Below, one piece after another: positions 25,303 through 33,663 of a DNA stretch of 63,275 nt. The notes below the pieces were generated by a model. That model ran no database searches, was not told the DNA's origin, and saw only the letters and a program-made list of their open reading frames with translations. A program made the position numbers and the translations under genes. The stretch is from a virus. Lineage: Duplodnaviria; Caudoviricetes. How positions within the stretch are numbered: position 1 is the first letter of the stretch; each line of letters starts with the position of its first letter. The stretch lies in IMG/VR virus record IMGVR_UViG_3300027861_000023, positions 1 through 63,275 of that record; one strand, given 5' to 3'.

Positions 25303-25970
25303 AATTCTAATTTTAATGATTCATAATAAATGCAATGTACTAATAATTCATAGTATTTACACTATATATGTACTACAAAATAACTACAATTATACTATCG
25401 CAGTGCTACCAGTATATCACAAAGGTTTACTCCAGCATTAAATATTGTCCAGTATAATATATTCCAGGAAGATAATTCATACAACTACTGCTGGAACAGA
25501 ATCTCCTGGTATAATGCTCTGCTATAAGTTATATATGATTCGTTTAAGAGATAATGTAATCGTGCTGGTATTAAGGGAAGGTTATCCCCATAAGAGGATT
25601 ATAACAAACATCGATGTTGAGCAATAACAAATGATCCTTATTATAATTGAATTTAGTTTTTAAACTTCCTGGTGTTTGAGATCACTATACCTTCACTTCA
25701 AGTCCCAGTCAAGGATTTGTCCAGCTGGATGCACAATAGTAAGTAGAGAATTTACGTGAAACCTAGCGCTGTTACTGGTGTTAACGTGTTTCACAGCTGT
25801 GATTTGATAGGGTGATGCTTCCATCATAGAAAGTTGAAAAAAACGAAGAAAAAAATCTCAAAAGTTTGAAAAAGTTTAAAAAAAAACGACTTTCCCTTTT
25901 GAGGCCATCACGCTCTAAAACCACCATAACCCTAAATCCATAGATGTGTAAACTGAAAAAAAATTTTTAG
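25303..25970. other. Non-coding divergence region; candidate genome terminus / packaging site
   Basis: Strand-switch point with dense CCAG/CTGG motifs, palindromes, and phased A-tracts at 25837-25886. Confidence 0.5.
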
Positions 25971-25978
25971 TATATTTG
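25971..25978 (+). promoter_or_regulatory. Bacteroidota-type -7 promoter element TAnnTTTG; further copies at 26446, 30039, 30633, 38823, 46780, 50367, 50747 and 59381
   Basis: All copies are intergenic and shortly upstream of plus-strand genes. Matches the established Bacteroides/Flavobacterium primary-sigma consensus. Confidence 0.8.
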
Positions 25979-26002
25979 TAGTATAACTTTAAAAAAAACA
26001 TC

Positions 26003-26176
26003 ATGGATGGATTGTATGTAAAAAATGGTAGATTAATTAACGACAGGCAACCTTCTGAAAGTGGAATTGCTAAAGCTTGTTCTATAAAAAAATCCGTTGA
26101 CAGGGAGCGAAAAGTAAACCAAATAGCAGATGGAATTGAAAGAGCAGAAATGAGAAAGTCTTTTAAGTTTTTATAA
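26003..26176 (+). CDS. Hypothetical 57-aa protein (MDGLYVKNGRLINDRQPSESG...)
   Basis: Translated by hand; has its own promoter (25971) and terminator (26196). Confidence 0.7.
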   Translation: MDGLYVKNGRLINDRQPSESGIAKACSIKKSVDRERKVNQIADGIERAEMRKSFKFL

Positions 26177-26195
26177 TTTACAAATCGAAATAACT

Positions 26196-26226
26196 AGAGG
26201 ATCCTACTTGGGTTCTCTTTTTTTTT
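26196..26226 (+). terminator. Intrinsic terminator
   Basis: AGAGGATCC-TACTT-GGGTTCTCT followed by a T run. Confidence 0.8.
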
Positions 26227-26286
26227 GCATAAAGAGCATTTCACTATATTTCAAGCATAAAGCAAGCATAACATAACTAACTAAAT

Positions 26287-26423
26287 ATCAACAACTTAAA
26301 TGCTTTATTATATAATTATGCTCAAAATGCTTACTTTTAAGGATAAATAAAATATATTTAATTTGTATAAAGCAATTATTTATACTGTTATAAATTATCG
26401 AAATTTTACAACATTTTCAACAT
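26287..26423. other. Origin-like intergenic element B
   Basis: Same ordered motifs as 16174-16300. Confidence 0.45.
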
Positions 26424-26473
26424 TAGAGCATATTAAAAAAAACTGTATATTTGCATAAATTAAATCTAATTAA

Positions 26474-28060
26474 ATGAGCAATTATATTCCAAAGAACCTT
26501 GAGTTCGATCAAGAAGGTCGTAATAAATTAATCAAGGGTATCACAACAATTTCAAAAGCGGTAAAGAGTACACTTGGCCCTCGTGGCAAAACCTCTATAA
26601 TAGAGTCAACCGATCATGTTGGTGGTATGACTATTACAAAGGATGGTGTAACAGTTGCTAACTCTATATTCCTGGAGGATCCAGTAGAGAACCTTGCGGT
26701 TCAGATGTTAAAAGATGCTGCTCGAAGAACAGCTAATTCTGCTGGGGATGGAACGACAACTGCAATTGTATTGACTGAGGCTATTATAAAAGCAGGCGAA
26801 GAGTTTTTAACTCCTAAACATAATATAACTGAGGTTGTAAAAGATATAAATCGTTTAAGTATTCAGATTGTTGACAGTCTTTTACATAAGTCTAAAGAGG
26901 TAACACCATCCAGGCTTCTGGATGTTGCTACTATTTCGGCTAATAACGATCATGACCTGGGGAAGATTATAGCAGATGCTTACGATCAGGTTGGTAAGAA
27001 TGGTATTGTAACAGTTGAGAGGTCACAAAACCATATGACTTTTGCTACTGTAACAAATGGTATAAAGATAGATCGTGGATACACATCAAACCTGTTTATC
27101 ACAAACCAAAAAAATGATGAGGCCGTACTAGAAGATGTTCTTGTATTGGTATGTGACCAGGAGATAAGTAACATCCTTCAGATAGAGAATGTGCTGAGGC
27201 CAGTTATTCAACAAAACAAAAAACTATTGATTATTGGGCCAGTATCAACCAATGTTGTTCAAACATTAGCGTTAAATGTTGTGCAAAATGGATTGAAATT
27301 GTGTAATATTATGCCACCACAGTTTGGATACAAGCAACATGAGCTGATGCAAGACATTGCAATGTCGGTTGGTGCTAAATACTTTTCGGAAAAAACAGGA
27401 GACGATCTTAGTTTGATCACATTTAATGATTTAGGTCATGCGGATAAGGTTATATCTGGTAAAAGTCAGACAGTTATTATCAAAGATAGCCAGATGACAG
27501 AAGATATCGAGAAGAGAATAGAGGATCTAAAAGAACAACAAAGCAACACCGAGATAGTGTCAGACAGGGAGTTTATAGATGAGCGAATCGCTAGTTTATC
27601 TGGATCTATTGGAGCTATTTATGTTGGAGGTAACTCTGATGTGGAGCAAAAAGAGAAGTATGATAGGATTGAAGATGCGGTATGTGCAGTTAGATCAGCA
27701 CTTGAAGAAGGTATTGTCGCTGGAGGTGGAACAACACTATATAAAGTTGCAACTTACATAGAAGATAAGAACAATGGGGTTGCTGGAAAAATACTCGCGA
27801 GTGCGCTTCGCGCACCTTTGTTGCAAATTTATGCAAATGCTGGGTTAGATCTATCAAAATCAAAAAAGGAAAAGCTTATGTATGATTCTGGTTATGAGGG
27901 ATTAAATATAAAAACTGAAGAGTGGGGAGATATGTATAAAATGGGTGTTATTGATCCTTTAAAAGTTACTAAGTCCGCTTTTTTAAATGCAGTAAGTGTT
28001 GCAACAACAATACTTACAACTAATGTAATAATTACTCACGCAAGAGCTAAAGAAGCCTGA
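26474..28060 (+). CDS. groEL: Chaperonin GroEL (phage-encoded, no GGM tail)
   Basis: TLGPRG, ITKDGVTVA, AGDGTTTA, GIVAGGG and GVIDP motifs. Confidence 0.97.
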   Translation: MSNYIPKNLEFDQEGRNKLIKGITTISKAVKSTLGPRGKTSIIESTDHVGGMTITKDGVTVANSIFLEDPVENLAVQMLKDAARRTANSAGDGTTTAIVLTEAIIKAGEEFLTPKHNITEVVKDINRLSIQIVDSLLHKSKEVTPSRLLDVATISANNDHDLGKIIADAYDQVGKNGIVTVERSQNHMTFATVTNGIKIDRGYTSNLFITNQKNDEAVLEDVLVLVCDQEISNILQIENVLRPVIQQNKKLLIIGPVSTNVVQTLALNVVQNGLKLCNIMPPQFGYKQHELMQDIAMSVGAKYFSEKTGDDLSLITFNDLGHADKVISGKSQTVIIKDSQMTEDIEKRIEDLKEQQSNTEIVSDREFIDERIASLSGSIGAIYVGGNSDVEQKEKYDRIEDAVCAVRSALEEGIVAGGGTTLYKVATYIEDKNNGVAGKILASALRAPLLQIYANAGLDLSKSKKEKLMYDSGYEGLNIKTEEWGDMYKMGVIDPLKVTKSAFLNAVSVATTILTTNVIITHARAKEA

Positions 28061-28128
28061 TAATGAGTATGATGAATACAACAAAAGATTGGAAGAAATT
28101 AGTATCCATGAAACCAAAAGAAAAAACT

Positions 28129-28386
28129 ATGAAGCCAGTAGGTAAATATATTGTAATAAAAACAATAGAAGAAGAAATAAAAACCTCATCAGGAATATTA
28201 TTATCAGCTAGTGATGTTGATGGGTTTAGATATAAAAAAGGAAAGGTAATAAAACCTGGCACAGATGTTAACGTAATTAAAGAAGATGATCTTATTTATT
28301 ACGATAAAAATTCAGGAGTAACTTTAATTATAGAGGAAACACCACTTACTATTATTCAAGAAAGAGATGTAGTTATAGTTATATAA
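28129..28386 (+). CDS. groES: Co-chaperonin GroES
   Basis: MKPVGKYIVIK...KTSSGILL...GKVIKPG...IIQERDV; likely start 28129. Confidence 0.9.
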   Translation: MKPVGKYIVIKTIEEEIKTSSGILLSASDVDGFRYKKGKVIKPGTDVNVIKEDDLIYYDKNSGVTLIIEETPLTIIQERDVVIVI

Positions 28387-28404
28387 GTTGGGCGCGCCCA
28401 ACTT
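28385..28404. terminator. Perfect 20-bp palindrome AAGTTGGGCGCGCCCAACTT between convergent stop codons
   Basis: Read directly; fills the gap between groES and the phosphoesterase gene. Confidence 0.7.
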
Positions 28405-29421
28405 TTAAAATATATGAGTTAATCTAGCAATTTGCCCATGTTCTTTTGAGTGAATAAACCCTTCAACTGCTTTTATTCCTCCAACACCATATCCATTTCT
28501 ATGATGCCAAGAGTCTGATCCACTAGGAGACCTTAGTGATTCAACAGTTATTCCATGATAGTCTTTAGAAGTTTTGTGGTGAATATGATGCGTATAAACG
28601 TACCTGTGTTCTGTTTCTGACCACCATTTAGAAAATTCATTGGCCATAATAAGTGGTAAATCAGCTTGTTTTGCGCCATCACCATGTGTAGTTCCAATAA
28701 GATTTTTGCCATATTTGTATCCTTTTCTGTGTGCAATACTACAATCAAAGGTTATATTATCGCATTTTCTAAACCATGATTTTATTGAGTCTGATAACAT
28801 AAATCCAGATACATAGTCATGATTGCTAGGATTGTAAACAAAACGAACATCAGCTATATCCAATAATATTTCTAGTATGTCTACATATAGTTTTTTTGCA
28901 GTTAGAAAATTATCATACCACATACCATCTGTATCTTGAGGTGTTCCTGATGTAGTTTTTCTAGAAGGAACGTCAATATGTAGTATATCATTACCTCCTA
29001 TGAATAAAATTTGATCAATATTAAACCCCTGTGCTTTATTTAGTATTCCTTCAACCCCATCTTTTACTCTTTTAACAGCTATCTGTGAGTTGTATTCTTC
29101 TCCAGTTTCAAATGATGTAGCTAGTTTTCCTATATGTATATCAGCAGGATCAATAACTAATAAATGAGAGTCATTACTTCTTTTTCTTTTTATTTTTGGA
29201 TATGAAGGAGAGTGTTTATTCATCTCCTTTATTACTTTGTTTCTTAACTTATTTATAGATATTCCTTCTTTTTTAGCGTGAATAGAAAAATGTTTTCCTT
29301 TATGCCAATAATGATTTATATCCTCTATAGGTATTCCTATTTCTTCACATTCTTTTTTTAATGCTCTGTGATCTGTTATTAGATTGTATTCTTCTTCATC
29401 TAATCTAGGTCTGTATTCCAT
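28405..29421 (-). CDS. Calcineurin-like metallophosphoesterase
   Basis: DIHIG, GNDILH.D, SNHD, THGD and HHIHH metal-binding motifs. Confidence 0.88.
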   Translation of the reverse strand: MEYRPRLDEEEYNLITDHRALKKECEEIGIPIEDINHYWHKGKHFSIHAKKEGISINKLRNKVIKEMNKHSPSYPKIKRKRSNDSHLLVIDPADIHIGKLATSFETGEEYNSQIAVKRVKDGVEGILNKAQGFNIDQILFIGGNDILHIDVPSRKTTSGTPQDTDGMWYDNFLTAKKLYVDILEILLDIADVRFVYNPSNHDYVSGFMLSDSIKSWFRKCDNITFDCSIAHRKGYKYGKNLIGTTHGDGAKQADLPLIMANEFSKWWSETEHRYVYTHHIHHKTSKDYHGITVESLRSPSGSDSWHHRNGYGVGGIKAVEGFIHSKEHGQIARLTHIF

Positions 29422-29545
29422 TGTATTAATTTATTTTTCATAACAATAAAAATACAACATTTTTTTTTGTATATTTGATTTGATTAATTTTTCATGGATT
29501 AGTTATTTTATTTTAAGATTTATTTAGTAAAAAAATGCAACCTTG

Positions 29546-30025
29546 TTATCCAACAATATTGGTTGCATTTTTTGTTTCTATATTTATTTTTTTAATCATG
29601 TTTCGATTAATTTTTTCCACATAAGATGGATCAGAATGAAATAAAGGATTTGAAAATTCTAATTCGGAAATTTCTTCTCCGTTTAGTTTTTTATATATAT
29701 TGTTAATTGCTCTCTTTCCTTTATAGCTTAGTTCGTATAAGGTAGTTTGATTTCCTTCTCGTTTTCTCCAGACTTGAATCCATTTATTTTTTAGTAATCT
29801 ACTAAATCTAACACGATCCCACGACATTAATTCTTCGTACTCTTTAAATTGACTTTTGTTAAAAATCTGTTCACTGTATAAAAAGAACATCATTTCTAAA
29901 TCTGGATAGCTTAAATCGTATTTTTTTTGCGCCCAAAATCTTATTACTCTCCAGTATTTTAAAAAGTCATGATCTGGTTGAGTTCTTCTTGTGTTTTTTC
30001 TTTGAGTTACTCCTTGAATCTTCAT
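29546..30025 (-). CDS. Winged-helix (MarR-like) DNA-binding protein
   Basis: LSYPDLEMMFFL...RLLKNKWIQV..R.....LYELSYKG pattern. Confidence 0.6.
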   Translation of the reverse strand: MKIQGVTQRKNTRRTQPDHDFLKYWRVIRFWAQKKYDLSYPDLEMMFFLYSEQIFNKSQFKEYEELMSWDRVRFSRLLKNKWIQVWRKREGNQTTLYELSYKGKRAINNIYKKLNGEEISELEFSNPLFHSDPSYVEKINRNMIKKINIETKNATNIVG

Positions 30026-30092
30026 TAAATTAAATTATTATATTTGTATGTCTAAATTAAATAAAAAATTTCTTTAAAAAACAATATTTATT

Positions 30093-30230
30093 ATGAAAAA
30101 ATCAAATAGAAAACTTGTTCCTTATTTTACAGCAGCAAATGTAAGTATGGGTGGAAGGCCTGAAAAAGTAGGATTATTATCTAACAAGCAAATTTCAAAT
30201 AGTGTTTATGCTAAATGCGGTAAAAAATAA
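30093..30230 (+). CDS. 45-aa basic protein
   Basis: Translated by hand (MKKSNRKLVPYFTAA...); follows the promoter at 30039. Confidence 0.6.
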   Translation: MKKSNRKLVPYFTAANVSMGGRPEKVGLLSNKQISNSVYAKCGKK

Positions 30231-30349
30231 TGGCTTACAAACAAAAATGTTGGAAAGGTTATGTTGCTAAAGGAACTAAAAAATCTCCCAGTGGAAAAAC
30301 AACAAAAAGTGGTCAAGTCAAACGAGTTAACAACTGTGTAAAAAAATAA
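30230..30349 (+). CDS. 39-aa basic protein with a CWKGY...VNNCVK motif
   Basis: Translated by hand; TAATG coupling; the motif recalls small phage CWKGY..VPNCV proteins. Confidence 0.65.
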   Translation: MAYKQKCWKGYVAKGTKKSPSGKTTKSGQVKRVNNCVKK

Positions 30350-30352
30350 TTT

Positions 30353-30607
30353 ATGCCAAAACCAAGAGCAGGAAAAGCAAAAGTTAAAGTAACAGCTTCT
30401 GGAAAAAGAGTAAGTTATGGACAGGCAGGTAGTGCTAGAGGCGGTGGCCCAAGAGTAAGACCAGGAACGTCTAAAGGTGATGCGTATTGCGCTAGGAGTT
30501 ATGGCATAAAAATGGATTTACCAATTGGTAAAAGAAATGATCCTAATACTCCAAATAATTTATCTCGTAAAAGATGGAAATGTTCTGGTAAAAAGTCAAG
30601 AAGATAA
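30353..30607 (+). CDS. Small basic phage protein (YCARS...DPN....SRKRWKC motif)
   Basis: ORF with a motif I recall as recurrent in marine phages. Confidence 0.75.
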   Translation: MPKPRAGKAKVKVTASGKRVSYGQAGSARGGGPRVRPGTSKGDAYCARSYGIKMDLPIGKRNDPNTPNNLSRKRWKCSGKKSRR

Positions 30608-30675
30608 AAAAAATAATAATTATTATTATTTGTATCTTTGATTTTTGAAGTATTAATTAATTAAAACTTTTTATT

Positions 30676-30870
30676 ATGAAACAAGGTTATAACGACAGAC
30701 TAGATGAGTCTTTAGGTTCTAGAAATGGGAAAAAATCTCAATCAATGAAAGATCGTAGAGATGAGAGTAAGTCAATGTCTAAAAAAATGTATGGTCATTC
30801 TTATGGTGCTGACAAGTCAATGTCTTACAGACATACTCAAAAAATTGTTAGACACGATCATTTAAGATAA
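30676..30870 (+). CDS. Small basic protein
   Basis: ORF after the promoter at 30633. Confidence 0.7.
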   Translation: MKQGYNDRLDESLGSRNGKKSQSMKDRRDESKSMSKKMYGHSYGADKSMSYRHTQKIVRHDHLR

Positions 30871-30874
30871 TATT

Positions 30875-31018
30875 TTGGCGAATAATTGGATAAAAAAAGC
30901 AACCAAAGGGATGCGTAAAGACAAACCTTGTACTGGTTCTAAGTTTGGAAGTTCATCTTGTCCTAAAGGATCAAGAAGATACAACCTGGCTAAAACATTT
31001 AAAAAAATGAACAGATGA
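30875..31018 (+). CDS. 47-aa basic Cys-containing protein (TTG start)
   Basis: Translated by hand: (M)ANNWIKKATKGMRKDKPCTGSKFGSSSCPKGSRRYNLAKTFKKMNR. Confidence 0.6.
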   Translation: MANNWIKKATKGMRKDKPCTGSKFGSSSCPKGSRRYNLAKTFKKMNR

Positions 31019-31170
31019 AAAAAGAAATAAATTTAAATAAACCAAATATTTTTAAAAGATTTTTTCGTTTTTTGAAAAAAAAATGGAACTCTTTACTGTA
31101 TTGGTTAATGTTTAAAAATTACACTTGTACTACTTGTTTTGGAAAGTCTGAAGACTGTAATTGTAAATAA
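31015..31170 (+). CDS. 51-aa basic protein with a C-terminal CxxC..CxC
   Basis: Translated by hand; ATGA and TAATG overlaps. Confidence 0.55.
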   Translation: MKKEINLNKPNIFKRFFRFLKKKWNSLLYWLMFKNYTCTTCFGKSEDCNCK

Positions 31171-31346
31171 TGAAAACAACAGTAACGAGATTAAAACCTA
31201 AAGGATTAGGAGATACAGTAAAAAAAGTAGCAGATGCTATCGGTGCTAATCATATTGCAGATGCATATGAAAAGGTTACAGGGAAACCATGTAACTGCGA
31301 TAAGCGACAGGATACTCTTAATAGAGTGTTCCCATATAGTAAATAA
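31170..31346 (+). CDS. 58-aa protein with a GLGDTV...CxC..R...LN..FPY motif
   Basis: Translated by hand; motif I recall as recurrent in flavobacterial-type phages. Confidence 0.7.
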   Translation: MKTTVTRLKPKGLGDTVKKVADAIGANHIADAYEKVTGKPCNCDKRQDTLNRVFPYSK

Positions 31347-31376
31347 GAGAATTTTTAACCCTCTAAATTAAAAAAA

Positions 31377-31910
31377 ATGGCATATCCCAAAATTACGGTA
31401 AACACAGGTTTAGCGTTAGAAGTCATATCTAGTGACACATTACCAATTCCAGATCCTGATGTACCAGTAATATCTGGAACAACTACAGCTGCTACAACAG
31501 ATAAATTAGTTGACGTTGGAGCAGACTTCAGTGAAGTTGAAGTCGGAGATATAGTTTATAACACAACAGATAATACTTCAGCAACAGTAGTAGCAATAGA
31601 TAGTTCTACTATATTAGAAGTAAGTGCTGATATATTTACATCTCCAGAAGCATATACTATATTTTTAGGTGGCCCTAATGGTTCATCAAGAATAAATTCT
31701 TCTGACGGATGTCTTCTTTATGTAGGAAGTAGTGAAGCGTCTCAAACAGTAGCAAATTCATACGTTAACGTTAAAGTTCAAACTGTTTCTGGTAATGACA
31801 TTACATTCACTGGTTTTCCAGTAGGTAATTACTTACCGATACAGATTATGAAACTTTATACCACAGGAACAACGGCAGCAACTGCAAATAATTGTATTGC
31901 TATTTGGTAA
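31377..31910 (+). CDS. Putative structural protein
   Basis: Thr/Ser/Val-rich beta-type ORF. Confidence 0.6.
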   Translation: MAYPKITVNTGLALEVISSDTLPIPDPDVPVISGTTTAATTDKLVDVGADFSEVEVGDIVYNTTDNTSATVVAIDSSTILEVSADIFTSPEAYTIFLGGPNGSSRINSSDGCLLYVGSSEASQTVANSYVNVKVQTVSGNDITFTGFPVGNYLPIQIMKLYTTGTTAATANNCIAIW

Positions 31911-31920
31911 AACAAAAATT

Positions 31921-32085
31921 ATGACACATCTAACAATGACAGATTTAAAAATATACGCAATTAATGCACTTGCAATGGGGATAACTACATTTACTAACTT
32001 AGAAATTTGGTTAAAAATTATTTTACTTTTAGTGACAATTGGTTACACAGTTACTAAGTGGATAAAATTAAGAAGCAAAAAATAA
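31921..32085 (+). CDS. Small membrane protein (holin/antiholin-like)
   Basis: Two hydrophobic segments and a basic tail; directly before the lysin. Confidence 0.6.
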   Translation: MTHLTMTDLKIYAINALAMGITTFTNLEIWLKIILLLVTIGYTVTKWIKLRSKK

Positions 32086-32520
32086 ATGAGTAAAAGCGTA
32101 ATTTTACAAAGAGTGTGGATGGACTCAAATCAGTCTACAGGTTCTTTAATTGTTTTAAATAAATTACGTCAGCCTATTTATATTAGTCCTTGTATTGAAA
32201 GAGGGGATAGAAACAATGAACAAAATGTATCTAACATTCCAACAGGAACTTACCCTTTAGTATGGGAGCTTAGTCCTAAATTTGGAATGGTTTGGGAATT
32301 AAAAGATGTTCCTAATAGATCCGAGTGTAAGATTCATGCTGCTAATATGTGGAATCAAATAAATGGTTGTATTGCTCCAGGAACTTATTTAGGAGATCTT
32401 AATGATGATGGTTATTACGATACGTTAGCGAGTGGAGATGCTCTTGAAAGATTTAATAATTCTTTAAAAGATATGGAGGATATTGGTACAACTATAACAA
32501 TATTTAATTCTTATCTTTAA
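32086..32520 (+). CDS. DUF5675-family (L,D-transpeptidase-like) putative endolysin
   Basis: IPTGTY, SPKFG, VPNRS.CKIH.AN...GCIAPG motifs; flanked by membrane proteins. Confidence 0.8.
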   Translation: MSKSVILQRVWMDSNQSTGSLIVLNKLRQPIYISPCIERGDRNNEQNVSNIPTGTYPLVWELSPKFGMVWELKDVPNRSECKIHAANMWNQINGCIAPGTYLGDLNDDGYYDTLASGDALERFNNSLKDMEDIGTTITIFNSYL

Positions 32521-32531
32521 AAAAACATAAA

Positions 32532-32930
32532 ATGAAAAAAATATTAGAATTTTTTGGTTCAAATGTAATAGGGGATATCGGTAAGGTAATTGATAACTTG
32601 TTTACTTCTGAAGAAGAAAGAATAAATGCAAGAAATAAAATAATACAGGTTTTAAAAGAAAAAGAATTAGAGCTTCAGAAAATGCAAACTGAAATAATTA
32701 TTGCAGAAGCTAAAGGTAATTGGCTTCAAAGAAGCTGGAGACCAATTCTAATGTTATCTTTTGGATTTATTGTTATATATAATAAATTTGCTGCTCCATT
32801 ATTTGGTTGGCCAATACCGATATTAGAAGGAGAGTTTTGGACTTTACTTCAAATTGGTATAGGTGGATATGTTGTGGGAAGAAGTGCTGAAAAAATAGCA
32901 GATAAAATAACGATTACAAAAAATAAGTAA
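32532..32930 (+). CDS. Holin (GTA 3TM type)
   Basis: WLQRSWRP...GGYVVGRSAEK signature. Confidence 0.85.
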   Translation: MKKILEFFGSNVIGDIGKVIDNLFTSEEERINARNKIIQVLKEKELELQKMQTEIIIAEAKGNWLQRSWRPILMLSFGFIVIYNKFAAPLFGWPIPILEGEFWTLLQIGIGGYVVGRSAEKIADKITITKNK

Positions 32931-33637
32931 TGGCTAGAATTAGTTCATATAAAAATGCAAGTCCTGTAGTTGGAACAGATAAATGGATTGGTACAGATTC
33001 ACAAAATCATGATCAAACTAAAAACTTTACTGCTGATTCTGTAGCTCAATATATTCGTGTAAATGGAAAAGTTGCAGTAGCTGGTCAGCTTATTTACAAA
33101 TATGTTCTTGATCCTAATACTTCTATGGGTAGTTTTTCTTTACCTACTGGAGCATTAGACATTCAACCTTTTAATACTATAACTGAATTAGTCATATCAG
33201 AACAAGATAATACACCACAAAATGTAGTAGCTTTTTTAGATTATTTAATTAATTCAAATATACTTATTGGAGAACAAAATGACATATCTAATTTTGGGCA
33301 TTACAAGGTTACAAATTATACTATTAATCCAAACAATAATAGTTTTTACAATATTAGTCTCACTTATTTAGGTGGAAATGGCTTTTTAGAAAAGGATAAA
33401 TATTATGATATTGTCAACTTTACATTAGCTGGAAGTGAAGGAGATAAAAGTTATATCTTTACACAATCAAATCCTAATACAGTATGGACTATAAATCATA
33501 ATTTAAATAAGTACCCATCAGTATCTGTTGTAGACACATCAAATACTATGGTTGAAGGATTAACTGAATATACAGATAAAAACACATTAACAGTAACTTT
33601 TACGGCAGGATTTGCTGGGAAAGCATATTTAAACTAG
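32930..33637 (+). CDS. Tail-associated protein
   Basis: MARISSY anchor-like N-terminus; C-terminal WTINHNLNKYPSVSVVD domain. Confidence 0.65.
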   Translation: MARISSYKNASPVVGTDKWIGTDSQNHDQTKNFTADSVAQYIRVNGKVAVAGQLIYKYVLDPNTSMGSFSLPTGALDIQPFNTITELVISEQDNTPQNVVAFLDYLINSNILIGEQNDISNFGHYKVTNYTINPNNNSFYNISLTYLGGNGFLEKDKYYDIVNFTLAGSEGDKSYIFTQSNPNTVWTINHNLNKYPSVSVVDTSNTMVEGLTEYTDKNTLTVTFTAGFAGKAYLN

Positions 33638-33663
33638 TAATAATAATTAAAAATTAAAAAAAA

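Noticed and set aside
25115-25627. Plus-strand ORFs 25115-25441 and 25445-25627
   Set aside because: Unnatural composition, no clear ATG start or leader, and one overlaps a real minus-strand gene; the region reads as non-coding.
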